The position numbers were made by a program, and so were the translations under genes. 64,000 bases of DNA from contig NC_043002.1 of the NCBI RefSeq assembly GCF_006345805.1, positions 116,498,001-116,562,000 of the forward strand, written 5' to 3'. Position 1 is the first letter of the stretch; each line of letters starts with the position of its first letter. The notes beneath the pieces were generated by a model, which worked only from the letters and a program-made list of their open reading frames with translations, was not told where the DNA came from and made no database searches. This document shows positions 1 to 13,770 of the stretch, in pieces. Source of the DNA: Octopus sinensis (lineage: Eukaryota).

Positions 1-42
1 ATTTGCAAGTCTGGTTTAGTAGAAAGGGTGAAACAAGTTTGC

Positions 43-48
43 TTTATT
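43..48 (-). promoter_or_regulatory. AATAAA polyadenylation signal
   Basis: tttatt on the + strand, about 110 nt downstream of the predicted stop; the motif is common in AT-rich DNA. Confidence 0.35.
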
Positions 49-157
49 GATATAAACAATGAATAAGTTATTGGGAGATTTTTAGGTTGCCCTGTCTCCT
101 TTCATAAACATATTTTCAGGACTTTTGTGCACAAACATCGAGTAAGTTTGGCGTGAG

Positions 158-191
158 CTATCTAGGTTGTTTCTTGGGTGAATGCAGGACG
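158..191 (-). CDS. Probable last coding exon, short cytoplasmic tail (N)VLHSPKKQPR*
   Basis: Acceptor ctttcttttccatttag| at 192 after a 94-nt intron. The phase matches the upstream exon, and the stop TAG is at 160-158. Confidence 0.5.
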
Positions 192-285
192 CTAAATGGA
201 AAAGAAAGGTGCTGTTTATTTCAATTAAGCATTGTTAGAGGTGTTTAATATACTGAAAGGAAAAAGTAAAATGAATGTTTCTTAC

Positions 286-496
286 TTTGAGATGACATAG
301 AAAATGAACATAAGTAATACTATGCCCAACAAAATACTGACTGCAGCGACAATTATTTTGTAGTTGGTGAGTTGTTTCTTTAAACTATCTCTCTCATTCA
401 CTTTGGCTACTTCACTTTGACTTTTCGCTTTGCTGGTGGTGGTACTACTTTTCGCTTTGCTGGTGGTGGTACTACTTTTCGCTTTGCTGGTGGTGG

Positions 497-538
<42 letters not shown>

Positions 539-826
539 TAGTTGTGGTTATTGTAGCAGTAGTAGTATTAGTAGTAATCCCTGCTGTACTTGAAATGGCA
601 CTAATAGATATTTTATTCAACGCAGGTGTTGAATTTCTAATTTGGCGTCTTGTAGTAGATGGCATTTCCGATTGAACATTTTGGTCCGTAGACATTATAT
701 TTAATTGGAATGTATCTGCTGTAGATCCATCCAAATCTTCAACTGTCTCCGACTCGACCGGACGGGAAAATTTCAGATGCTTTGTAGTTGTTTGGCCATG
801 ACTGCTTTGCACAAACAGAAACACAA
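286..826 (-). CDS. Internal coding exon: Ser/Thr-rich mucin-like stalk plus single transmembrane helix
   Basis: Open frame 282..824 is bounded by a pyrimidine-rich acceptor (ttttttatatacag| at 827) and a donor (AA|gtaag at 285); phases 1 and 2, 541 nt. It encodes poly-T/poly-S, 3x SSTTTSKAK and hydrophobic IIVAAVSILLGIVLLMFIFYVI. Confidence 0.65.
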
Positions 827-1084
827 CTGTATATAAAAAAAGAACAACACAAAAAAATAATTGTTATTGATGAATAGAAAACGAAAACAGCAGATAACAT
901 GAAAAACTATCAACGTATAAGTGCGTATAATACACATACAAGTATAAATGCTTTCAAGAATCGTGTATTGTCAAGAGTTTATGTACCATTAAATAAAAGA
1001 CAGTCTGTTTTACTGGAGACAAGATATAAACTTGAACATATCTGCCTCAAACGCTATCATCAGCACAATAGTTGCTCTTATATA

Positions 1085-1756
1085 CAGGGTGGTCACAAAG
1101 TCACGCACCATGGGAATATCAAGTATGCTTTATTAGCGATGAAGTGGGTAATCCATTACAAATGTTCAAAGTGTGGCCATGTAACTCTAAATAAGTGTTC
1201 ATACGGAATTTGAAATTGTGATGAACCCTCTCAAATAGTTCTTCATTGTCGCTGGCTTGTTTACACGCTTCAACAATTCTTTGAAGATGTCTTTAGTCAC
1301 GAATCTTTTCAGAATACACAAGAGATTATATGTAGCCCCAGAAGAAAATGTCCATTGGAGTTAAATCTGGTGACCGTGGTACCAATGCATTTGGCCCGCG
1401 ACGCCTGAGCCATCTTCCTTGAAAATGTTCATTCAGAAAATCACGAAGCTGTAATGTATAATGGGCCAGGATCCCATCATGCTGAAACCAGACAGGATTT
1501 TCCCTTCCAAGTAAATACATTTGGGGCATCATCTTGCTGTTAAAGCACGTTCAGATACAAGCCACCTGTCACAGAGCCCTCAAAATAAAATGGTCCAATT
1601 ACTTGATTGTGCCAAATACCACACCACACCATTACCTTGGCCCCGACTTGTTTATTATGTGCCTCCATACAATGAGGATTGGTTTGTGAGAAAAAACAAG
1701 AGAATGTTAGCAATTTCACGTATTGCAGGATGGTGCATGACTTTATGGCCACCCTA
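1085..1756 (-). mobile_element. Internally deleted Tc1/mariner transposon, rosa/DD41D-like
   Basis: TIRs cagggtggtcacaaagtca / tgactttatggccacccta flanked by TA. Transposase fragments VMVWCGI...GPFYF and WFQHDG...SPDLTPMD, with 41 residues between D2 and D3. Confidence 0.85.
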
Positions 1757-1763
1757 TATATAT

Positions 1764-1806
<43 letters not shown>

Positions 1807-1969
1807 TTAAATTGTTTCACCTTGAAAGCTGCGGTCATGCTGGGGCACCACCGTTAATATATGTATACACACACACACATACGCACGCGCGCACACACAC
1901 ACACACATATACATATACATACATATACATATATATATATATATTATATATATATATATATATATATTC

Positions 1970-2300
1970 ATAAATGTTATATTGGTGTGTCGGAAGATAA
2001 ATTTAAGCTGAAGTTTTAATCAGATATCCTACTTTAGGCATATAAATTAAAAGAACACTTAAAAATTGGACAATTATTAACTACATCTGGAAACTTTGAG
2101 CTTCAATAAAAGATAAAAAATCCTAGAATATCTCATGCTTACAAAATTGGAAGCAAAAGATGTGACCTATGCATTGCAGAGTAAAGCAAAATCCTCGAAA
2201 ATTTCCATCACGAAAACCGGGTTTTAAACATGAGATCAGAGCGTTTTGGGAAATACAGACACTTTAAAAACAACTTCATAACTGGTAAAGACATTTTCAC
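1970..2300 (+). mobile_element. Penelope-like element, decayed GIY-YIG endonuclease C-terminus
   Basis: Broken frames read CYIGVSEDKFK and AYKIGSKRCDLCIAE...LNMRSE...KYRH. Confidence 0.7.
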
Positions 2301-4689
2301 CTGATTAGAACCACATATATGCTCACGCACTGATATTACTGCCTCTGAAGCTGTGTTAGACATTTTATTTTCCGCCATCTTTCCCATTATTCTCCTATGT
2401 TATCGTTTTCTTTCTTAAGTCAGAATTTCCTCACCAACTCTTTATATTCCATATTACTGCAGTTTAATCTCCATTAATCTTCCTTAACCGTTGTGTTCTT
2501 CCTCACTTTGAAATAAAAACGTGTTTCTTCCAATTCATTCAGTAGCACACGGATGATTTTCAGGGGGGCAACACCCATCGATGTAATATTCAGATTTACT
2601 GAAGCGGAAGTATGAATATTTTTGCCAAATATTTGTGTGGCCCTTATAATCAATAGTTACTTACATGATAAATTAACTGGAGCTGTTTAATAAATGCAAA
2701 TACATTAGCTATTTCATAATATACAATTTGTTACTCGTTGCCCTATTGCATGTAATCATTACTATCAATTCTGCCAGAGGATTCGATTACAATCTCTTAG
2801 ATAAACGAACTAATTAAGTCTATGTATTGATATATATATATGTAATCTTGCTCTAAAAGAACGTTACATTATATACCTAGAAAGAAAATATGGATATGAC
2901 AACTGAATAACCATTTAGAATTTGCTGAACTTATTGAAATAGTTACGGCACTTTAAATTCTGAATTCAAATCGCCGGGTTTAATAGCATGAAAAACAATA
3001 ATTGAGTGAGAATCGATTCAATCTATGACATTCTCCTTAATGCATGTGTGCTTTATAAAAAAATATTATTAACAATATCTTGAACTTTAGTGCATAAAGA
3101 TTTGCTGCAATTTACCTTCTGTGCGTTCTAGGCTACGATTATTCTTCTATTAGAAATATAAACAAAGAAGAAGTAGATCTTTTGTCAGTCTTCATTATCC
3201 TGAACATGCTGAGCAACTTAATGAATAATACACTTATCCAAGGTAAACAGTAAACAGAAAACATTTAAGTATACGTACGTACATATATACATGAATAACA
3301 TGCATGCATGAGTACATGTATACATATATGCATACATATATGTATGTATAGACACATATACGCACACTCACGCACAAGTACAAACAAGCACCCACACATA
3401 CATACACACATTATTTGGGGCTGAACTTCATTTATTGTTCCAATTTCGATTTATCACATGATTTACATTTTGCCATAATAAGAATATTTTATATATATAT
3501 TATTCATAACGGTTTTATGTATCTAATAAGTCTAATTGTTATTAAGAATGTTGGACTGCAGTAGTCAATGAAGAATAACGATTCACTATGCAAGATATTA
3601 CAATAAAAGCAGGTAGGTTTACACATACATTAAATCCAACTTGCGTATCATCGCATATAGCTTCTTTCGCCAAATGAACTTTCTTTACGTAAAAAGTTTG
3701 AGAAAGATTTCGATTACAAACCGACGATTAGTGTGAATCATCCTACACTGACCGATATAAGATCAGTAAGCATATCCGTGATAAAATAACCCCCGAAAAG
3801 AATACGTTTCACTATTATCTCTTTGGAATTGTACACTGGAAGTGATTAAACGGTTAAACAAATGCAGATGTTCTCAGCTTGACATTTGTAACTATTATTC
3901 ATCGATCAACCATATTAACTTGGCAATCGATTACACTAAATCTATCACAAACATCATGGAGAAAGAAACTGAAATAATTATGATCTCGAAATATGATTGT
4001 TAAATATACTGGTATCGTATGGTTCAATAAAAACTTTGTTACTAAGGGTGCTCAGTCAACTTTATTAGATTTTACATACATTAAAGTGCAACCGACAGAT
4101 GAAAAAAAGTCCTCTTTAAAGCCTTAAGTTTCTAAATAACCATTGAAGCTTTTCAATTGTTGGGATGTTACACTAGATTTATCCAACTCTCTTTATTACC
4201 TTAACCACTAACTTAAAGAATTGGTAAATGATACATAAACTTTCTAACCATATCAAACATATTATTAACTAACTGACTCTGAATAGCTACGTCAGTCTTT
4301 CCTAGGATTCGACTAATGATTAAAATTTTCACAATGCATCCTAGTTTTATGAATCTAAAATTTTTCTTTGATATGTATTCATCCTGCTTGGCTGATATAA
4401 TTCTCTTTGAATTATGTGCCAGAAAATATTCGGTTGCAAAATGGTCACAGACAGACATACAAACATTTCCTCTTCAAATTATATTTTCACAAATCTGAAC
4501 AATATTTAGTTCATCAAACCAACTTTTACTGAACATATAGAGAATCTAAACGGAATCAATTTTATAAACTAAAAACTCTCTCTCTTTCTCTCTCTTTTCC
4601 ACACACACAGACACACAGACACACACACACACACACACACATATAAATACAAGGTACGACTTGACTAGACTCTAAACGATCTAATCAAA

Positions 4690-5757
4690 CTAGACAGGAA
4701 AACAAAAAAAAATAATGACAGAAATTAGGATGCACCACCCAAAACTGACATAGAAAGGTTATATATACAACTGATAAAAGGTGGAAGAGGTGTTATATAG
4801 ATAGAAACTTATTATAAAATAGCAACCATAGGATTACACAGATACCTAATACAGAAGCAAGGGAAGCTGGTACAAGTAACCATAAAACACGATCGAAAAA
4901 AAAAATGTTTTCTGTCTTTAAGGAAACTGAAAAATACAAGAAAGAAGTCATATTACCTAACAGCTATGAAGAAAAAAAGGAATCAACAAAAGCTTTAAAA
5001 CAACTGAAATCCAATTTGAAGCTGGAGCAACAATATATCAATATAAAACGATGGCAAAAAGCCCCTATATAGAGAATATTGGGTTAAGCTGAACAAAGAA
5101 GAAGTAGGCAAAGTAGAATCCCAACAATGGTTAAGAAGCTCAGGACTCAAAGTAGAGACTAAGGACTTTTAATTGCTGCACAAGATCAAAATCCTTCCCA
5201 TCAGAGATCACTAAAAACGCATAATGGAAAAAAATACAATTGAAGAATATGTAGTGATGGAGAAGAAATAATAAATCCTATTGTCTGTGGATGCCTAGTC
5301 CTGACTAAGAAGGCATATATTCACAGATATGACAGGGTTGGGGCCTACATACACTGGAAGCTATACCAACCCTATGAAGTGACAAAGAAAAAAGATGATA
5401 TAGGCACACCCCAGAAAAGGTTTCGGAAAATGAGAAAGCAAACATACTCTGGGATATGCCAATACACACAGATAGAGAAATCAAGGCTAATAGACCGGAT
5501 ATAGTTGTCAGAGATCACCAAGAGAAAAATGGCTGCTAACAGATGTGTCAATGTCAAGAGATGACAATGTATCTCTAAAAGAAACGGAGAAACTATCAAA
5601 ATACAAAGATCTGGAAATAGGCACCACGAACATCCAGCGTAAAACGCTTTCAATACGGTGAATATAAGAGCACCACTAGAAACCACAACACATACCCTAG
5701 GCACACAGAGATGCGCTCGGTAGTGCAGTGAAAGCACGTGATAAAAATGACTACTGA
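4690..5757 (+). mobile_element. Dong/R4-type LINE, decayed 3' fragment with 3' UTR ending in (TAA)n
   Basis: Fragments MHHPK-DIERLY..GGRG and IKANRPDIVVRDH...EKLSKYKDLEI (REL endonuclease). Confidence 0.75.
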
Positions 5758-5769
5758 ATAATAATAATG

Positions 5770-5852
<83 letters not shown>

Positions 5853-5887
5853 TATAATAATAATAATAATTATAATAATAATAATAA
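5757..5887. repeat. (TAA)n microsatellite
   Basis: About 43 units lying between two LINE fragments. Confidence 0.95.
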
Positions 5888-7490
5888 GTCTACCACATAG
5901 CTGGATTAAGAAATGTCTGGAAATGTATAAAAAAAACACCTACTCTGCGAAACTTTTTGTCTGTTAGTATGAGAAGATGGAGAACCACACTGACTTTGAA
6001 CAATGACAATGAATCTCTAAATGCAGGAGATGTAAGAATTCCATGTGGCATTTTCCAGTGTGACCCTCTGTCACCATTCCTCTTTTGTCTGGCCTTATTA
6101 CCTCACTCGAAATTGCTCAATGATGTACAGTACGATTATAAAATGTTTGATAAAAATATAAATCATCTCATTTACATGGACAATTTAAAGCTCTTTGTTA
6201 AAAATGGCCAACAACTACAAGGCTTACTACCAATTGTTAAACAATTCAGCGATGACATCAGGATGCAATTTGGCCTCGATAAATGTTCAAAAGCTACCTT
6301 TCTCAAAGGAAAAATGACAGAAACATCTCACGTTAACCTTGACTAGCAGAATGTCATAAAGGAGTTAGAACCAGTGGAGAGCTACAAATACCCATTGGTA
6401 TTTGAAGGGGGCGGAATCAAACATTCAGTGACAAGGGAAAGTATCAGAAGAGAATGTTATTGCAGAGTAAGGGCAATACTCAAGACAGAGCTGAATGCAA
6501 GAAACAGGATCGAAGCGGTCAATACCAGTCGTGACTTACAGTTTCGATATCATTAACTGGTCAATTACTGAAGTATGTATTCTTGACAGAAAAATACGAA
6601 AACTGTTGACAATGCATAGAATACACCACCCTAAGGCAGATATAGAACGACTAAGAAAAGAGAGAGGCCGTGGACTTTTACAACTGGCAATAACAATGAA
6701 GATTGCCACAATTGGTTTAGACACCTACCTGAAAAACTCTGAGGACTGGATGTTAAAACTTGTCTCAAAACATGAAAACAAGAAAGCATCATACCCAGTA
6801 ACAAAACAGGCAAAGGAATATATAAGTGAATTCCAAATACAACAAATTCCAGAATTAGACTACTAGAAACAAGCACAGGAAAAACTAAGCGCATGAGAAA
6901 ACTAAACGCATGAGACATTCTTCCTGATAAATGTCAAGAAAAACCTCTCAATGGCAAATACCCAAAGAGGGCTAATAATATCGATGTTGACAAAGCACTT
7001 ACCCATCAATGATTAATGTCTTCTGGCTTAAAATCAGAAACAAAAGGGTTTATCACAGCAGCCCAAGATAAATGCCTGCCTACAAGAAACTACTAGGCCA
7101 ACATATTAAAGAACGGCAGCTGCACAACATGTCGTGTATGTCAACAACAAAATGAAACCATAAATCATGTTGTCTCCATGTGCAGTCTTCTACAGAATAT
7201 CTCAACAGGCATGATAGAGCTGCACGATATATTCACTGGGTAATTTGAAAAATCCTGGACCTGCCCCATGATAAAAACTGGTGGGACCACCAACCACCTC
7301 CAGTGCTTGAAAATGATCACATCTCACACCTCTAGAACGATCTATAAAGATCTTGAAATAGAAATTGGCAAAGTGTGGAGCCTCAAGAATAAAACAATAC
7401 CTGTTGTCATAGATGCCCTAGGAATTATAGCAAAAGGGGCTGACTGCTACTTAGCTCAGAAACCAGGAGACCCCAAAATGGCAGAAATTC
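5888..7490 (+). mobile_element. Dong/R4-type LINE fragment (RT to REL), frameshifted
   Basis: GIFQCDPLSPFLFCLAL, HLIYMDNLKLF, QFGLDKC, HHPKADIERL, KTIPVVIDALG. Confidence 0.9.
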
Positions 7491-7616
7491 GAGCACATAT
7501 GGCTGTGCTGCATGTGCTTATTGTACCCTTATCAGACAAGTAGTCATGATAGGTATATTGGGCTTCGTATTTTTTACCCCAGTATCACTTTGATGGCATG
7601 CGCTGCTTTCTACCTC

Positions 7617-7653
<37 letters not shown>

Positions 7654-7675
7654 TTATAATAATAATGATAATGAC

Positions 7676-7749
<74 letters not shown>

Positions 7750-7750
7750 T

Positions 7751-8634
7751 AAGCCCTGGCTTAAAATCTGAAACAGAAGGGTTTATCATACCAGCTCAAG
7801 ATCAACGCCTACCAACAAGAAACTACCAGGCCAACATATCAAGGAACGGCAGTAGCCCAACATGTCGCGTATGCCGACAACAAAATGAAACCATTGATCA
7901 TGTTGTCTCCAAATGCAGTCTTCTAGCGCCTACAGAGTACCTCAACAGGCATGATAGATCTGCACAATATATTCACTGGGAAATTTGCAAAAACCTGGAT
8001 TTGCCCCATGAAAAAAAACTGGTGGGAACACAATCCACCTGCAGTGCTTGAAAATGGCCACATCTCACTCCTCTGGAACTTCATCATTCAAACTGACAGA
8101 AAGATAGATGCAAATAGGCCAGACATCATATTGAAAGACTTCAGACAAAGAACATGCCTCCTCATTGATATGAATGTCCCAATCGATATAAACGTATCTG
8201 TCAAGACCTACCAAAAACTGAGCAAATATAAAGATCTTGAAATAGAAATCAGCAAAATGTGGAACCTGAAGACTAAAACAATACCTGTTGTCATAGGTGC
8301 CCTGGGAATGATAGCGAAAGGGGCTGATTGCTACCTAACTCAGATACCAGGAAACCCCAAAATGGCAGCAATTCAAAAGATAATGCTCATGGGAACTGCT
8401 CATATCCTACGCAAAATACTCTCTATGTAATCCCAAGGTTTAAAACAAACTTTTTAAAAAATTATTTTAATTTTAAATTTATGAATTAGACATTCACTAG
8501 TACAACACCCCCCCCCCAAAATATATGTCACACTAGCCATAACAACAACGTGAACTTCCAACCTGCTGTCTCTTGAGGTCTCTGGGTGAGACTTGGAGCC
8601 AACTTGTACAGACATAAAGCAAAAGTCAAACATA

Positions 8635-8636
<2 letters not shown>
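7751..8636 (+). mobile_element. Dong/R4-type LINE 3' end (zinc knuckle, REL, 3' UTR)
   Basis: CRVCRQQNETIDHVVSKC, RHD, NRPDIIL, IDMNVP, KYKDL. (TAA)n arrays on both sides (7618-7750 and 8637-8708). Confidence 0.92.
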
Positions 8637-8688
<52 letters not shown>

Positions 8689-8709
8689 CAACAATAATAA
8701 TAATAATAA

Positions 8710-9146
8710 GTTCAACTCCAACCCCAAAAAGTTCTACCAAGAACTGGGAAAAAATAAAATAGAAGTCACTGCAGCACCAACGGCAGAAGAATTGGAAGAA
8801 TTCTGGAGAGAAATATGGTCGGCGAACGAACAGCCAAAAAAAAGGAGTATCAAAATAACAAACTCGGCATCTGAACAACTTTGGACCCTCATAACAACTG
8901 AAGAGGTCACCCAGGCACTGCAAAAACTAAGCAACTGGAAGGCACCTGGGCATGACAAGATCCCCAACTTCTGGTTGAAATATCTAACAGGAATGCACAA
9001 AAAGCTGGCTGAAAACTTTAACAGCATACTAGCAGAGCCAGAGACAATGCCTGAATGGCTCACGAAGGGGAAAACCATCTTAATTCCCAAATCAAATGAA
9101 ACAGCAAAACCAGAAAACTACAGACCAATAACCTGCCTCCCTACTA
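8710..9146 (+). mobile_element. Dong/R4-type LINE fragment, N-terminal part of RT
   Basis: EEFWREIW...[15 protein letters not shown]...KTILIPK...[10 protein letters not shown]. It starts after (TAA)n and is cut by (TA)n. Confidence 0.88.
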
Positions 9147-9147
9147 T

Positions 9148-9191
<44 letters not shown>

Positions 9192-9194
9192 TAC

Positions 9195-9296
<102 letters not shown>

Positions 9297-9443
9297 CATA
9301 TATATGTGTATAGTTGGAATTTACAAAAACACAAAAGATGAATACACGTATATATATTATATTGCTGTGTCGGAAGATAAATTTAAGGCGGTGTTGTCTA
9401 ATGACTGAAAGAAGTAGAAGATAGAAAATAAAATATATATATA

Positions 9444-9850
9444 GGCGCAGGAGTGGCTGTGTGGTAAGTAGCTTGCTAACCAACCACATAGTTCCGGGTT
9501 CAATCCCACTGCGTGGCATCTTGGGCAAGTGTCTTCTGCTATACCCCCGGGCCAACCAATGCCTTGTGAGTGGATTTGGTAGACGGAAACTGAAAGAAGC
9601 CTGTCGTATATATGTATATATATAAGTGTGTGCGTATATGTTGTATGTTTGTGTGTTTGTCCCCCTAGCATCGCTTCACAACCGATGCTGGTGTGTTTAC
9701 GTCCCCGTCACTTAGCGGTTCGGCAAAAGAGACCGATAGAATAAGTACTGGGCTTATAAAGAATAAGTCCCGGGGTTGATTTGCTCGACTAAAGGCGGTG
9801 CTCCAGCATGGCCGCAGTCAAATGACTGAAACAAGTAAAAGAGTAAAGAG
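9444..9850 (+). mobile_element. tRNA-derived SINE (octopus OK-like), full length
   Basis: Head ggcgcaggagtggctgtgtggt with B box ggttcaatccc, an internal (TA/TG) tract and a gtaaaaga tail; many copies occur in this window. Confidence 0.88.
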
Positions 9851-10952
9851 TATACACACACATACACGAAAACTCTCTCTCTTTCTCTCTTTCTCGCTCT
9901 CTCACACACACACGCACATACGCACACACATATGCACTCGCGCACATGTTCATGCCAAACGCTTGCACATAGATCCTTGTCCTGTATAGACATTTAGGTG
10001 TGCCGAAACAAATATGTCAGTGCTTGATTATCCTCATGCCTATATGTATACGCTTGTGTATGGGAATATATGTATACATATAGTCACTCTTTTATAAGTG
10101 TATGAATCACATTTTATGAGCTCATACTTGCCGTACGCTCGTGTAGATCTAGTAATCTAAATCTTAATACTAAATTCGTCAGTTTGAAATAGAACTCTGC
10201 TCTTCCTAAACACATAATCACCCCACTTATACTCTCATTGTAGATTTTGCCTTTCATTGCCACCAAAACGAATTTTATCTAACCAAAGATTCTTTACGGA
10301 TAAACATACACCCACAACTCACACTAAACTACTGTATAAACCTCTCCCTAAACAGACACCGTTTAATCCTTGTTGTTCTCTTCCATGAATTGTTTGAAAT
10401 GAATAATTAAATAAATAAATCTATGAATAATAATAAATAAAAAGTACAATGTTATGCACTCAGAGATTATTTCCTCGAAAACAAACAAACCGATATATCT
10501 TCCTTATCTTATATCTTCCACCATTACTCTACCCAGCCGTGCATCACTGTATTGGCTGGTAAATTTAACTTATCTCGTCATAATTGTTTAATGAGCAAAA
10601 CAAACACGTCCGAATAAATTTAAAAATAGCATGTCCACACTGATACACAAAGAAGCACCACCCACCAACAAATACCAAACACATGCGCCCAAAACCCAAC
10701 CATACATCACACATTTCACGCTCTTCTGAATCATTCTCTACAACTACAACCTCCATCTCTCAGGATCTCACACTTAACAAAATTCTCACATCATATGAAA
10801 GAACTAGCAATATGGTATATAGAGAGTGAATGCATACATTTCGGTATAAGAATGTGTAAATTGTGTAAGTGAATGTTTCGTGCATAATTTGCTTATTTCC
10901 TTTCTCTCTCTTCCCTCTGTCACCCCCTCTCTCAAGCAATGAACGTCTGGTG

Positions 10953-10988
<36 letters not shown>

Positions 10989-11051
10989 TATAGAGATGTA
11001 TATATATAATATATACAAATATGTGTGTATCTATATGTATATGTATATATG

Positions 11052-11177
<126 letters not shown>

Positions 11178-11197
11178 ATATATATATATATATCAAC

Positions 11198-11407
11198 TAC
11201 AAAATGGGACAAAACGCAAAACACCCAGACAACTAGATCATAAAAAAGGGACAACAAAACATCCAGATAGACGATACAAAAAAAGAAGGACGGGTCATTC
11301 AAAGCCTTTTATCGCCAGTCAAGAACCGGATCATCCTCGCAATTTCGGCTGATTAGTTTTGTTGTCCCATAGCTGCCCGGATGTTTTCGTCCTTGTCCCA
11401 TTTTGTA
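11198..11407. repeat. Imperfect inverted repeat element (MITE or PLE pLTR with an inverted partial copy)
   Basis: Perfect 15-bp ends tacaaaatgggacaa / ttgtcccattttgta, plus an inner gggacaacaaaac match. Confidence 0.6.
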
Positions 11408-11598
11408 TTTCATATATACATATAGACATACATATATGATTGGTGATACAAACAGGGAAATAGAATTAAAAAATGATATATTTATGCTTTTGTTATCAAT
11501 CAACATAAGTTGCAGAATGACTGAATGACCGAGAATTTCGTCCATTGCCACATATCTGGGCTCTCGAATCACACTCTAACATCTGCGGATTAATAATA

Positions 11599-11709
<111 letters not shown>

Positions 11710-12220
11710 TAACTGATTGGAAGTGTTATCATGTACATTGTTTTGTCTTGGTATAAAAGATGGGCTACAGCAAATATTCTGCTCAATACCACAGATTTGC
11801 TTGTCAGTTGTTTGACCTTAACCAGTTGAGCATGTCCCTTAGTGGCTGACGATATGTGCATCTCTGATCACGAGCAGAAGTAGTGGGGGAGCATCATAGC
11901 CGTGTGTTGAGAGGGATTCTTTGGAGTTTGAATAATTCACCTCTGGAAACATGGGTGTTTCGTTCAACGTCCTTAAACAACCCTTATTCAGGGACCTTTT
12001 GAGCGGGATGGGTTACTCGATCTGAAGAAAATTCTAACTGGGCTCCACCTGCAAGGTCATGCGCTGTTTATCGTGATATGAGATCACCATGTCGCGCACA
12101 TATGGTTGTGATGCATGTGCCTGGTGTACCCTTATCAGACGGGTAGTCATGATGGGTATACTGGGCTTCGTATATTTTACCCCAGTGTCACTTTGATGGC
12201 ATGCTCTGCTTGCTCACTCA
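11710..12220 (+). mobile_element. Non-coding repeat flanked by (TAA)n/(TGA)n; its 3' end recurs at 7490-7618
   Basis: The segment gcacatatgg...gtacccttatcagac...ggcatg...ctc-aataataat is present at both sites. Confidence 0.65.
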
Positions 12221-12239
12221 ATAATAATAATAATATATT

Positions 12240-12626
12240 ACTTGTTCCAGTCATTTGACTGAGGCCATGCTGGAGAACCGCCTTTAGTCGAGCAATCGAC
12301 CCTAGGACTTATTCTTTGTAAGCCTAGTACTTATTCTATCGGTCTCTTTTGGCGAAGCGCTAAGTTACGGGAACATAAACACACCAGCATCGGTTGTCAA
12401 GCGATGTTGGGGGGAAAGACAAAAACGCATAAACACATACACAAACATACATATACATATATACGACGGGCTTCTTTCAGTTTCCGTCTACCAAATCCAC
12501 TCACAAGGCTTTGGTCGGCCCGAGCTTATAGTAGAAGACACTTGCCCAAGGTGCCAAGCAGTGGGACTGAACCCGGAACCATGTGGTTGGTAAGCAAGCT
12601 ACTTACCACACAGCCACTCCTGCGCC
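12240..12626 (-). mobile_element. OK-like SINE, full length
   Basis: Reverse complement of the 9444-9850 copy. Confidence 0.88.
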
Positions 12627-12634
12627 TAATGATG

Positions 12635-12686
<52 letters not shown>

Positions 12687-13275
12687 TAATGATAATAATA
12701 ATTATAATAATAATAATATATATATATATATATATATGATAATAATAATAATAATATATAATCAACGCGGGTACATAACACAGCGAAAGTGAAAAGAGTA
12801 GTTGGGTAATCCTAACTCGTTGGTCAAGGTAGAAATCGGTTACAGAATATTACATAACAGGTTAGTCAAGAGAAGTAACCCTACCCCACTGTTCATCAAC
12901 TCTAAACACTTCAAACTACTTCATAACATGCACTCCACTCAAGATATGAAAGTTTATGTATTTAAGAATATATGCTTGTATCAGCCTCTCTACATCTGCT
13001 GGAATGTTTCTGAATATTAATGCAAGTACGGATATTTATTTTAGTGTAAACAGAAAACAAAGCTATATGTTTATATGCGTACTTCACGTATTTCTATCTA
13101 AAATCCTACAATACAGATTTCTAGAATTGCACGACCGTGTATATCAGCTCTCGTGGACATTCCAGTTTGAATGAATTCCTATTTGTATATGCACGTAAAA
13201 ATCTATGCTTTGATTTATATGCATATGTATATTTATGTATGTAAATGTATAATATATATATATATATATTATATA

Positions 13276-13306
<31 letters not shown>

Positions 13307-13714
13307 ATTAATCACCCTATATTGATTAATTATGAATTTTCTGGTTAATTCCGTAATGGAATCGACGGCTTATATTTATTTGCTGCCGATAAATTTGGCG
13401 CGAGTGCGATGATTTGAAAATTTTAGGTCAGATATTACCTTGGCAGGGTCGGAAATGCCTCGTGAAAATATCTGTTCCGACTTGGGCTATTTCTTACTGA
13501 AGAATCTGAGGGCCTATGGAAGATTGGCTTGATTTAATTTAATCAGGTTAGTTTACCATTAAACAGCAGATGAAACGGTGCATCGTATAAGAAATTACAG
13601 GGTAAATGTTTTTTAAATTTTCTCCTGTTTACGGAATTGATTTTTATTTGCGGTTGAAGCTTTGGCTGTTATTTCTAGTGGGTGAATGGCCTATTATGGC
13701 CGTTCCTTGATTGT

Positions 13715-13770
<56 letters not shown>

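Noticed and set aside
3116-3146. 31-nt minus-strand micro-exon (KNNRSLERTE) with AG/GT ends; a similar 21-nt candidate near 23180
   Set aside because: The phases are compatible with the mucin exon, but an equally good plus-strand candidate overlaps nearby (3190-3242). Such sites arise by chance in AT-rich DNA.
4213-4458. 81-aa minus-strand ORF
   Set aside because: No recognisable motif and no convincing splice sites.
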